NCBI GenBank assembly: GCA_016933055.1
Contig: JAFGBS010000019.1
Location: 90,001 to 122,000 of the forward strand
DNA: 32,000 bases
Direction of reading: 5' to 3'
From: Promethearchaeota archaeon
Lineage (GTDB): Archaea; Asgardarchaeota; Lokiarchaeia; Sigyniarchaeales; Promethearchaeaceae
Shown: one piece after another, positions 18,053 to 27,556 of the stretch
Layout: each line of letters begins with the position of its first letter
How positions within the stretch are numbered: position 1 is the first letter of the stretch
Notes under the pieces: model-generated
The model's input: the letters and a program-made list of their open reading frames with translations, nothing else
Told to the model about the DNA's origin: nothing
Databases searched by the model: none
Made by a program: the position numbers and the translations under genes

Positions 18053-19771
18053 TTAGATATACCCGTATTCCCTCAAAATCTTAATTACTTTATCTTTACT
18101 TTCTTCAACAGTTTCTTTATCAGTTTCTAACACCAATTCAGGACTCTTTGGTACTTCATAAGGATCATTAACACCTGTAAAATTCAAAATCTCTCCTTTT
18201 TTGGCTTTTTCGTATAATCCTTTCACATCACGTTTTTCACATTCATCAATCGGGCATTTTACATACACTTCGATAAAATTTCCGATTAATTGGCGAATCT
18301 CGTCCCTTATGATACGATATGGAGCGATATTGGCCATTAGGACAATTATGTTATTTCGAGTAAGTAAATGAGCAACAAATCCGACTCTTCTGATGTTTTT
18401 ATCCCGATCTTCTTTACTGAATCCAAGGTCAGCTGTTAAATGCTGACGTACTACATCCCCATCAAGCCTTTCAATTATATACCCTTGTTTTCGTAATTCT
18501 TGAACAACAGCTTTTGATACTGTAGTTTTTCCCGCACCACTTAGACCTGTGAATAAAACTGTTACACCCTTTTGTTTAACAGCTAAATGTTTACCATTAA
18601 TCGCATTATTAAGAATCATTGCTACCTCAGGGCGAGTAAATTCTTCTGGTAGCATTTTTTGTTCATTTAACATCTGTCGCACTTTAGTACCAGACAAATA
18701 TACGTGAGCTTCACTTCCATGAGGACATGTTCTTCTTGTAACCATTTGTTTACAGATTTTACAGTAAAAAGCATGTTCCATTTTAAATGGTTGAATTCTT
18801 AATTCACCCTCATTAAATTGGTCGAAAATCTCTTGTGCGTCATAAGTTCCGTAGTATTTTCCAACCCCAGCATGATCTCGGCCAATTATAATATGTGAAC
18901 AACCATAATTCTGTCTTGCAATTGCATGCATAATCGCTTCTCTTGGACCCGCATATCGCATATATGCTGGAAAAATGCTTAGGAGAGTTCTGTCCTTTGG
19001 ATAATATGAATTTATAATAGTTTTGTATGTTTCCATCCTCACATTGAGAGGAATATCATCTTTCTTTGGAGATTCAGCTAGTGGATGTATCAATAAACCG
19101 TCCACGGTTTCCAACGCAATTTTTTGTAGGTATTCATGGGCACGATGGATAGGATTACGAGTTTGAAAAGCAACCACAGTATTCCAATTCTGTGATTTAA
19201 AATATTCTCTAGTCTGTTTTGGACTCAATCTGTATTCCGTAAACTCTTCATGAGGAAGATCTCCCACTAATGTTACTTTACCAGCTAAATAAACATTTTT
19301 TCTATTATATAATATATTCACCCCTGGATGTGCAATATCGTCTGTACCAAAAACTAATTTTGCTTCCTTTTCTTTTTTAGGCTTGTATATTTCTGAAATC
19401 TCTATCACACCGATGATTGTGTTTTTCCACGTCAATCCTACATAGATATTTGGTTTTAATTGAGAAACAAAGTCTTCATCTACAGCTAATGTAACTGGAA
19501 TTGGCCAAACAGTTCCATCTACTAATCTCATGTTTTCTAAAACGTTGAGGTAATCTTTTTCTCCCATAAAACCCGTTAATGGAGAATATACGCCTGTAGC
19601 TAAACATTCAAAGTCTGTAAAGCTAAACTCATCCAATTCTAATTTTGGGGAATTATTTAACAAATCAAGGATTTTAAATCGTTCTTTCTCATCGTTTATC
19701 ACTGATTGCACTAATTTTCCTCCATGGGGTTGTATTAATGCATTCTTTGATTGACCTTTTTCCATTTTCAT
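18053..19771 (-). CDS. sat: Bifunctional sulfate adenylyltransferase / adenylylsulfate kinase (PAPS synthase, Sat-CysC order)
   Basis: PHGG, YSPLTGFM, WPIPVTL, AFQTRNPIHRAHE, GRDHAG, SGTKVR; then FTGLSGAGKTT P-loop, LDGDVVR, RDVKGLY, FTGVNDPYEVP. Confidence 0.95.
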   Translation of the reverse strand: MKMEKGQSKNALIQPHGGKLVQSVINDEKERFKILDLLNNSPKLELDEFSFTDFECLATGVYSPLTGFMGEKDYLNVLENMRLVDGTVWPIPVTLAVDEDFVSQLKPNIYVGLTWKNTIIGVIEISEIYKPKKEKEAKLVFGTDDIAHPGVNILYNRKNVYLAGKVTLVGDLPHEEFTEYRLSPKQTREYFKSQNWNTVVAFQTRNPIHRAHEYLQKIALETVDGLLIHPLAESPKKDDIPLNVRMETYKTIINSYYPKDRTLLSIFPAYMRYAGPREAIMHAIARQNYGCSHIIIGRDHAGVGKYYGTYDAQEIFDQFNEGELRIQPFKMEHAFYCKICKQMVTRRTCPHGSEAHVYLSGTKVRQMLNEQKMLPEEFTRPEVAMILNNAINGKHLAVKQKGVTVLFTGLSGAGKTTVSKAVVQELRKQGYIIERLDGDVVRQHLTADLGFSKEDRDKNIRRVGFVAHLLTRNNIIVLMANIAPYRIIRDEIRQLIGNFIEVYVKCPIDECEKRDVKGLYEKAKKGEILNFTGVNDPYEVPKSPELVLETDKETVEESKDKVIKILREYGYI

Positions 19772-20241
19772 CGCATTCTTTCCAAAATCATATTAATTTG
19801 AAAAATAAGATTAGCTTATAGAAGTTTTTGTCATAGTTCTTTTTAAAAAATAAATTTAATAAATACTTAAATAGGTAAACAAAACCTATTAGATTTTTTC
19901 TTTTTAAGAAATTTATGGAGAATTTTTTTAAAAGGAATTTTCAATTTTGCATTTTCATGTGAGTTAATATCTTCTTTGGGTTATAACCTTAAAAAATAAT
20001 TAGATATATGATAAAAAAGCAAAAAAAAGTGAAAAAATGAATTCCTATGGGTACAACTATTGTAATCTGGTTGTATAAATCCATCCCAATAAAATTTAAT
20101 ATATTTTCTACAAATTTTATAATTAATTCTAAGGGAATTAACCATTTAATCATCAAAAATAGCATATAATTAATAAAAAAATCAAAACAACAATTATAAG
20201 GTGCTGAAATATGTTCCACAAAGAGATTCTCATTGTCTTAA

Positions 20242-20308
20242 TAATCAACATCTATACGGGTCCATCCATGCAATTTTGTAACCCATTAACGTAATTCTAT
20301 CGTAAAAC
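20242..20308 (-). repeat. Lone, inverted, degenerate right end of the 17253-family element
   Basis: TAATCAACATCTAT, then TTAACGTAA-nnn-TATCGTAAAAC ending 67 nt from the start, the same spacing as the reverse complement of 17532-17598. Confidence 0.6.
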
Positions 20309-20384
20309 TAGTCTGAATGTATAAGAAGTAATCGTAGAACAATTTTTTCAATCATTACATTATCCAGTGGCTAAAAGGAATACT

Positions 20385-20463
20385 TACGATACAAACTAAA
20401 TTTTCACGTTGATAGTCAATTTAATTTGAATATAGGGGACGTGAAAATTTAGCTTGTAGCGTA
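20385..20463. repeat. 25-bp inverted repeat with a 29-nt spacer
   Basis: TACGATACAAACTAAATTTTCACGT (20385-20409) vs ACGTGAAAATTTAGCTTGTAGCGTA (20439-20463): 23/25 complementary, inner 14 bp perfect. Confidence 0.75.
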
Positions 20464-20598
20464 GTTTGAGATAGAAAGGACTCAACCAGAAAGAAAGTGG
20501 TTAGAAAAATATTTGAGTTTGCTTAATTTGGGGTAGAGGAATTGTTTGACGTACCAAATTCTATTTAATGATGGTGTTATTCAAAATTAATATACAAA

Positions 20599-22806
20599 AT
20601 GCCCCATGAAATCCAAAAAAAACCCACAAGTTTAAGTAAAGTTATAGCTACAGGCTCTATCACTTTTAGTATTGCGGGTTTAATTCAACAATTCCTTCTG
20701 TTTGCTCAATCAATAATTACGTATAGATTATTAACGGTAGAGCAAAGAGGTGAATATGACATAATTTGGTCTATATTTGCATTAGCGGGAACCTTTACCT
20801 TTACAAAGATGTTTTCTCAAATCGTTATTAAAAAAGTGGCTGCAAATAAAGATAATTCACAAAAAATAAATCAGACTGTAACGGGTTACATTGTTTATGC
20901 AGTAGGAACTTCAGTCTTATTTGTGTTCTTTTTCCTCGTCTGTTTTATTTTGGATCGTTTGAAAATTATGCGGATTATTCCTTATACACTGCCTTTATTT
21001 ATTGTTTCAATTGTTGTATTCTATTCAATTGTAGAATATAATTTTTTATTGGTGGGTTTGGGTAAATATTTTAGTTATAATTTGATACAAATACTTTCTG
21101 CGATAATTCATTTCGTCCTATGTGTGGGATCCCTCATTTTTTCAAGTTTTTCACATCTATTCCTCCCTATTATGGTGTTTTATTGATTTAATATTGAAAA
21201 CGAATAATCATGCAAATTCTGACAACCTATATGGTTTGGAAAAAGTATGGGAGATTTCGAATAAAACTAAAAGATTTAAAAGGATTTAGAAGTTTGTTTG
21301 GTGAAAGTCTAGGATTAGGAATAGATTTTATTATATACGACATTTTAATTGACGGTTCGATTATTATATTAGCGTTTTTTGCACCAGATAATGTCGTAGG
21401 GAATTTTAGGGGAATGCGAGATGCTGGAATAAATATTTTCCGAATTATTGTATTATTGCTGGGAACTATGCTGCTTTCCACTATCCCCAGTTATTTGAAA
21501 AAATTTGAATATGATACAGTGGAAAAAATGACCGGTTATGTGACAAAAATCAACCTATATTTTTTTGTCTATTATCATGCTGGCAATGTTTATAATTCCA
21601 GAAGCTTATATCAGAGTTTTTAATAGCGAGATCTATCTTGATATACAAGGAGTATTTTTTTTTAGTTGTTTTCAGATTCTTTTTAATATATTGTCTTTAG
21701 CGGTTAGCCCAATTTTGATTGGTCAGAGTAGAATTCACATAATGATATTCTTGCATGCGATTCGGGCAATGATATTCTTATTACTTTCTTTTATCTTTCT
21801 ACCGGTAGTAGAAAATAAACTCTATGGAATACTAACAATTATCTCCATATCTTACATTGTTAATATCATTTCAACAATTTATATTGCTCAAAATACGAGT
21901 AAAGTACATTTCTTAAAATATTTAAAAAAAATCTTTCTTATTACAGTTCTATTTCTGACAATTTGCATCCTTATAATGTTTCCGTTTCATATTAAACTGA
22001 TTTTTCTGTGGAAAATCCCCCTTTTTCTCGGGGTGGTCATTATATTCCATATAGTGATAATTACAGTTGGTACAATTACCAAACAAGATATAGAGATTAT
22101 TAAAAACATCATTAGATCATTCTTTACGACAGATAAGGATACTAAATGGAAGAAATGGATAAAATAAAGTGAGGATTTCGTTGCTTGGATATTTAAAATC
22201 CTCAGATTGATTCCTTTTAAAGATTCTCAAATAAGTATAGACAACGATGTTGTATTAAAAGAAAATGTGTGTATTAGCCCCCAATCCAATAACTTTAAAA
22301 ATTTAATTCAGAATTTCGAGAAATAGGGATTTTTTGTGATTATTATAACTTTCCACAACACTCATGGGATAATTCACCAAAGAAATGTAGGATATTTTGA
22401 ATTTTTTTTCGCATCGACTAAAAATTTTCCTAAGGAATCAGTGAGAATTTTTGAAGCAGTGAATAGTCATAAAAAATTTAAATATGTAATCTCAATTGAT
22501 TAAGTAGGATTAGGAATTGTAAAATATACTAGAGTTAAATCGAAATTCATCATTATTATTGAAAATTATTAGAGGAATCAAATGAAAGATATTTTCAAGT
22601 CCTCCAAAACTCGAAAAAAGTTACGTGGATTTGGTGTATTTTTTCATGGAATGTCGCAATGGTTTAATATGTTTGAAATTTTTACCAGAGTTCAAACAAT
22701 TGTTGTAAAATCTGAAGCAATTAAAGAAACTGTCAAAAAATATACCGGTTCTGAGGAGAATATATTATTTATTACTAAGGATTTTAATGTTCTTGAGGTA
22801 ATGTAG
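20599..22806 (+). pseudogene. Disrupted paralog of the flippase / GT-B-half-domain fusion at 25190..27391
   Basis: Fragments align collinearly (ESLGLGIDFIIYDILIDGSIIILAFFAP vs ESLGLGLDFILYSILIDGSIIVLAIFAP). Frameshifts near 21150-21210 and 21570-21620, then in-frame stops near 22165, 22324, 22501 and 22570. Confidence 0.85.
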
Positions 22807-22902
22807 AACATAGTGATAATCTCGCTATGAGATATGTGAGATATAAATACATTTTTGTTCTTACTCTAAATGTTATAAATAATCATTTAAATAGGATTAG
22901 TC

Positions 22903-24093
22903 ATGTTAAAGATATGTTTCGTCACCGATAGACTCCCGATACATCAATTAGGAGGAATGGAGCAACATGGGTTCATTGTCAGTACAGAACTTGCACATAG
23001 GGGAAATCAAGTGACAGTCTTGACCACAAAACATCCAGAGGGAATCCAAAGTGAAAAATCTGAAGAAAATCTTGAATTCTTTTATCTAAGTTCCCAAGGA
23101 AAGTATTCAAAAGAGTTCGAGCAAGAATTACACCGCAAATATTGGGAGTTGCACGAAAAATTAAATTTTAATGTGATTTATTCAGAGAGTACTACGGCAA
23201 CCGCATTGATCAGAGATAAAAATATATCAATCCCAATTGTATGTTTGATGCATGGTTTTGTTGATAATAATTATGTAAAAAGATGGAAGAGGGGGGATTT
23301 ACGTGGAAAATTATCAGCTATTAGGCAATGGTTGATAATAAAAAAAACACCTGTTAAAAAAAGAGCTTATTCTCAGTGTGATCATCTAATAACCATTAGT
23401 CAGAAGAATTTAGAGCAATTTATTAGACAAAAGCCTTCACTTGCCTCTCGGATTTCTTTGGTTTATAACGGTATTGACACAGAATTATTTAAGCCATTTA
23501 TTACCAATAAATGGCGAGAAAAATTAAATTTGGAATCAAGTCATGTGATTGTATATACGGGCAGGATAACAAAATCGAAAGGAATTCATATCATGATCCA
23601 ATTAATCCCCATTTTAAAAAAAACATATCCAGATATACAATTATTAATTGCAGGTACTGGTAATTATCTGAATGAATTGAAAAAAATGACCAAAAATTAT
23701 GACATCCAGGATTGTGTGCATTTTTTAGGATTTATCGAGAATAAAAATGTGCCCGAATTATTAAATACAGCAGATTTGTTTATTTTCACAACGTTGTCCA
23801 TTGAAGGATTACCTTACAATGTAATTGAAGCTCTATCATGTGGTTGTGCCATAATAGGATCGAATTCCGAAGGTGTAGACGAGATCATTGAAAATTATGA
23901 GGATGGCATCTTGGTAAATCCTAAAAACTCTCAGCAAATACTAAAGGAAATCCACTGGGTTTTTCAAAATCCTGATAAAGTCGAAAAAATGAAGAATAAC
24001 GCCCGTAGGAAGGCAATAGAAAATTTTAGTATAAACAAAATGATGGATGGAATAATTAATGTTTTACATAAAGTGGAAAAACAATTAAAGTAG
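22903..24093 (+). CDS. GT4-family (GT-B) glycosyltransferase
   Basis: GGMEQH, MHG, VYNGIDTELF, YTGRITKSKG, FLGFI, EGLPYNVIEALSCG (E-x7-E), DGILV. Confidence 0.92.
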   Translation: MLKICFVTDRLPIHQLGGMEQHGFIVSTELAHRGNQVTVLTTKHPEGIQSEKSEENLEFFYLSSQGKYSKEFEQELHRKYWELHEKLNFNVIYSESTTATALIRDKNISIPIVCLMHGFVDNNYVKRWKRGDLRGKLSAIRQWLIIKKTPVKKRAYSQCDHLITISQKNLEQFIRQKPSLASRISLVYNGIDTELFKPFITNKWREKLNLESSHVIVYTGRITKSKGIHIMIQLIPILKKTYPDIQLLIAGTGNYLNELKKMTKNYDIQDCVHFLGFIENKNVPELLNTADLFIFTTLSIEGLPYNVIEALSCGCAIIGSNSEGVDEIIENYEDGILVNPKNSQQILKEIHWVFQNPDKVEKMKNNARRKAIENFSINKMMDGIINVLHKVEKQLK

Positions 24094-24097
24094 AAAA

Positions 24098-24220
24098 TCA
24101 AATGGTGATTTCTTTGTATTTCAGCAATGTTTTGGTAACGTAGGGTGATATTGATCCTTGTCCAATGATATTTAGAAGTATTTTATCTAAAGTTGGGTCA
24201 ATCATTGCTCCAAATTTTAG
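24098..24220 (-). pseudogene. Last 40 codons plus stop of a second ftsZ paralog
   Basis: LKFGAMIDPTLDKILLNIIGQGSISPYVTKTLLKYKEITI aligns ungapped to the C-terminus of 27557..28777 (25/40 identical). Confidence 0.85.
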
Positions 24221-24969
24221 TATTTGGATTTCTTCATATTCATATTTTGGATGGTAACTAGCATCTAAAATTAAATGTATACCTTTCTCTTTGGTTAATC
24301 GTCCAGTATTAATAAAAACGTGATTGGAGACAAATCCAAGTTTATTTTCCCATTTATGAGTAGAATTAGGTTTGAAAAGCTCAGTATCAATTTCATTATA
24401 CACTAATGAGATTTTTGATTTTAAATTGAGATTTTGTTTCAAATAGCTGTTACAGTGCGTTTTACTTATGGTGATGAGGTGATCCCGTCTTGAAGCAACT
24501 CTTTTCCTAACTGGAATTTTTTTTGTTTTTATCCACCAAATATTGCTGAAATCTTTCCTCTAATGTCTCCTCTTCTCTATCTTGTCACATAATTATCATC
24601 CCAAAACCCATGCATTAAACCCACAATCGGGATATTTAAACAACTTTCCTCCAAGATAGTCTTTTCTTGAAACACTTGCCAGAATAAATCACATTAAAGG
24701 GTTGTTGATTATGCAATTCTCAGAATTTTCTCATCATACAAATTTCAAAATCTTTATGATATGTTCCCGCTTGCTCTCCCATGCAATAAAACTGTAAATT
24801 ATCACACATTTTTTCAAAAATAATTCCCTTAGGATGTTATTTTGTAAATATTATTCCCATATATATGACCTCGATCTGTTATTCCTTTACATAATGTTAA
24901 TGCATGAATTTGCATTCCTCCTAAGTTAAGTATTGGAAATCTATAACAGATAAAGAAGATTTTAAGCAT
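24221..24969 (-). pseudogene. Decayed GT4 paralog of 22903..24093, truncated mid-gene
   Basis: ATG at 24969: MLKIFFICYRFPILNLGGMQIH.. vs MLKICFVTDRLPIHQLGGMEQH; then HPKGIIFEK, RKF*ELH..FNVIYS, IPIVGLMHGFWDDNYVTR*RRGDIRGKISAI, ISLVYNEIDTELFKP. Several frameshifts and stops. Confidence 0.88.
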
Positions 24970-25189
24970 ATTTGCACATTATTTGTGAAAACTTTAAAAT
25001 TCTTTGCTCTTTCGTGATCCATCAAGAATAATCATAGTTAATCGGACATTTATTAAATGAACATTATTGTTTCCTATTATGCGAAAATTGTTCATTGGGA
25101 CTTTGAATATAAATTTCATAAAATAAGTAATCATAGATCCCATAGGATATTTAACTGGAATTTTATTCACATTACAAGAGATTGCTTAT

Positions 25190-27391
25190 ATGAAAAGAGA
25201 GACTGAAAATCTGGGAAAATTTATTGTTAAAGGATCTATTTCTTTCAGCACTTCTGGTTTAATCCAGCAATTTTTTTTACTCATACAAGGAATTATAACA
25301 TATAGGGTACTGAGTGTTGCTGAACGAGGAATATATGCACAAGTTTGGTCAATTTTCGCTTTTGCCGGGACATTTACTTTTGTAAATATGGTACAGCAAA
25401 TAGTAATTAAGAAGATCTCATTACAGATTAATAACAAACCAAAAATCAATCAAATTTTAACAAATTTTGTATTGTATAGTATTATATCATCATCTTTTTT
25501 TGTTCTTTTTTTTATCATCACGTATTTTTTAGAAAGATGGAACGCAATTCAAATTTTTAATACAGGTTTATCATTTCCGCTTCTTCTTGCCTCTGCATCC
25601 ATATTTTTTGCAGTATCTGGATATAACATAGTATTTGTTGGTATTAAGGATTATTTCAACTACAATCTAATCCAAATAATATCGACGATTATTCATTTTG
25701 TATTATGCGTAGGTTTTCTCCTTTTATTCAAGCATTTCACATCTATCCCCCCCTATTTTGGTATCTTCATTGGATTAATATTAAAAACTTTAATCGTTGT
25801 TATCTTAACTGCATTTATCGTACGTAAAAAATATGGGAGATTTTTGGTAAAATTAAACAAACTAACGGGTTTGGGAGACTTAATAGTTGAGAGTTTAGGA
25901 TTAGGATTAGATTTTATTCTATATTCTATCCTTATTGATGGCTCAATTATTGTACTAGCAATATTTGCTCCTGAGGAAACAGTCGCAAATTATGAAGCAA
26001 TAAGAAATGCAGGATTAAATCTTTCAAGAATCATTGGATTACTTTTGGGATCTATGTTATTGTCCATAATTCCCGCCTATTTGAACAAATTTGAGTACGA
26101 TTTGGTAGAAAAAATGACGGGCTATGTAACAAAGGCAGTACTATACTTGTTATCTCTCATTATGTTAGCGATTGTATTCATTCCAGAAGCTTACATCCAA
26201 ATTTTCAACGGTGATAAATATTTGGGAATCCAAGAATTATTTTTCGTTTCATGTTTTCAAATATTTTATAATGTTTTATTAGTCGCAGTAAGACCAATTC
26301 TGATAAGTCAGAAGAAAATTCATATACTCATTTTGATAAATTCGATACGATCATTCATATTTTTGATATTATCATTCATTTTTTTACCAATTGTAACCAA
26401 TAAACTACATGGTCTACTTGTGATTGTTGTAATTACATACACAATAAACATAGTTACTACAATATTATTAACCCAAAGATCTAGTAAAGTTCATTTTTTT
26501 AAATATTACAAAAAAATATACTTAATTACTGCATTTTTCGTCATCATTGGGTCCCTCGCAATGTTTCTTCTCCATGAAAGACTAACTTTCTTATGGAAGA
26601 TTCCTATTTATTTCGGTGCACTTATGTTATACCATGTCTTAATAATTATGTTTGGAGCAGTAACAAAGCAAGATCTTTATATTATTGAGAGTATCGTCTA
26701 TTCATTTTTCTCTAACGATAAAGAGATAAGGCAGAAAAAATGGAAAAAGAAATTGGAGTCATTGATATCAGTAGTGTTTAAAATTCTACATTTAATTCCT
26801 TTGAAGGAAACAAAAATAGAAATAGATAGTGAATTTGTTCTAAAAAATAATATTTGTGTAATTACCAAATCCGATATAAATATCGGATTTGTCAAGAAAT
26901 TGATCGAATCTGGTTATAGAATATCTATTATTACTGGACCTAATCCTCAAGGAATAATTCACCAAGAAATTGACGAACACGTGGAGAAATTTTTCACGAT
27001 TTCAACTGATTTTATAAAAGAATCTGCAAGAATTTTCAATGCAATCAATAAATTCAAACATTTTGCATATGTTATATCACTTGATCTTGCAGCAATTGGT
27101 TTAATTAAATATTCACGATTCAGATCCAATTTCATCATATTTATGGAAACTTACTGGCGGAACATTGTTAATGAAAATATTAAATCTCAAAACATTCGAG
27201 ATAAACTACATGGGATTTATTTATACTTCTATCACCTTACCAGATGGTTTATATTACGTGATACTTTAAATCGCTCACAAAAAATAATCGTTCCATCTGC
27301 GACAATGAAAAATCAGATTGCAAAAGATCTAAAATCCAATAAAGATAAGATATTACTAGATAAGCAATTAGATTTAACAGAAATAATATAA
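25190..27391 (+). CDS. MOP-superfamily (Wzx/RfbX/AglR-like) oligosaccharide flippase with a C-terminal GT-B N-terminal-like domain
   Basis: About 14 hydrophobic segments in residues ~15-500 with a flippase-like start (LLIQGIITYRVLSVAERGIY); soluble tail of ~200 aa (GYRISIITGPNPQGI..QKIIVPS..KNQI) resembles the first half of the neighbouring GT4. Confidence 0.75.
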   Translation: MKRETENLGKFIVKGSISFSTSGLIQQFFLLIQGIITYRVLSVAERGIYAQVWSIFAFAGTFTFVNMVQQIVIKKISLQINNKPKINQILTNFVLYSIISSSFFVLFFIITYFLERWNAIQIFNTGLSFPLLLASASIFFAVSGYNIVFVGIKDYFNYNLIQIISTIIHFVLCVGFLLLFKHFTSIPPYFGIFIGLILKTLIVVILTAFIVRKKYGRFLVKLNKLTGLGDLIVESLGLGLDFILYSILIDGSIIVLAIFAPEETVANYEAIRNAGLNLSRIIGLLLGSMLLSIIPAYLNKFEYDLVEKMTGYVTKAVLYLLSLIMLAIVFIPEAYIQIFNGDKYLGIQELFFVSCFQIFYNVLLVAVRPILISQKKIHILILINSIRSFIFLILSFIFLPIVTNKLHGLLVIVVITYTINIVTTILLTQRSSKVHFFKYYKKIYLITAFFVIIGSLAMFLLHERLTFLWKIPIYFGALMLYHVLIIMFGAVTKQDLYIIESIVYSFFSNDKEIRQKKWKKKLESLISVVFKILHLIPLKETKIEIDSEFVLKNNICVITKSDINIGFVKKLIESGYRISIITGPNPQGIIHQEIDEHVEKFFTISTDFIKESARIFNAINKFKHFAYVISLDLAAIGLIKYSRFRSNFIIFMETYWRNIVNENIKSQNIRDKLHGIYLYFYHLTRWFILRDTLNRSQKIIVPSATMKNQIAKDLKSNKDKILLDKQLDLTEII

Positions 27392-27556
27392 ATCAATATA
27401 TTAATAAAAGGGATAAATTTCGTGATTTCTAGAGATATAGGGTTTCAAAATCCTATATAAGTTGAATTCTCATGCGTTTTGAGTAGAAACCATGTGCATA
27501 TTGAGAAGAATTCCTCTCATTCTTCATCTATCAGCAAATTAATATAAGTTCATAAC

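Noticed and set aside
18053-19771. Dissimilatory sulfate reduction marker
   Set aside because: Sat is fused to an intact APS kinase, sits near a sulfotransferase, and no apr or dsr genes are present.
19989-20219. 76-aa hydrophobic ORF
   Set aside because: Phe/Ile richness follows from the extreme AT content of this intergenic region; no motif or clear start context.
20599-22806. Homopolymer sequencing error as the sole cause of the broken flippase
   Set aside because: Four in-frame stops occur without a frame change, and neighbouring homopolymer-rich genes are intact. Read mapping is still needed to exclude it fully.
24098-24442. Functional 114-aa protein
   Set aside because: It starts mid-GT4 at a non-ATG codon inside a pseudogene and joins two unrelated fragments; treated as a deletion scar.
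22165-24800. Stop-codon reassignment (TGA/TAG read as Trp)
   Set aside because: Intact genes use TGG for Trp and end in TGA or TAG; the stops occur together with frameshifts and TAA stops in the same two genes.
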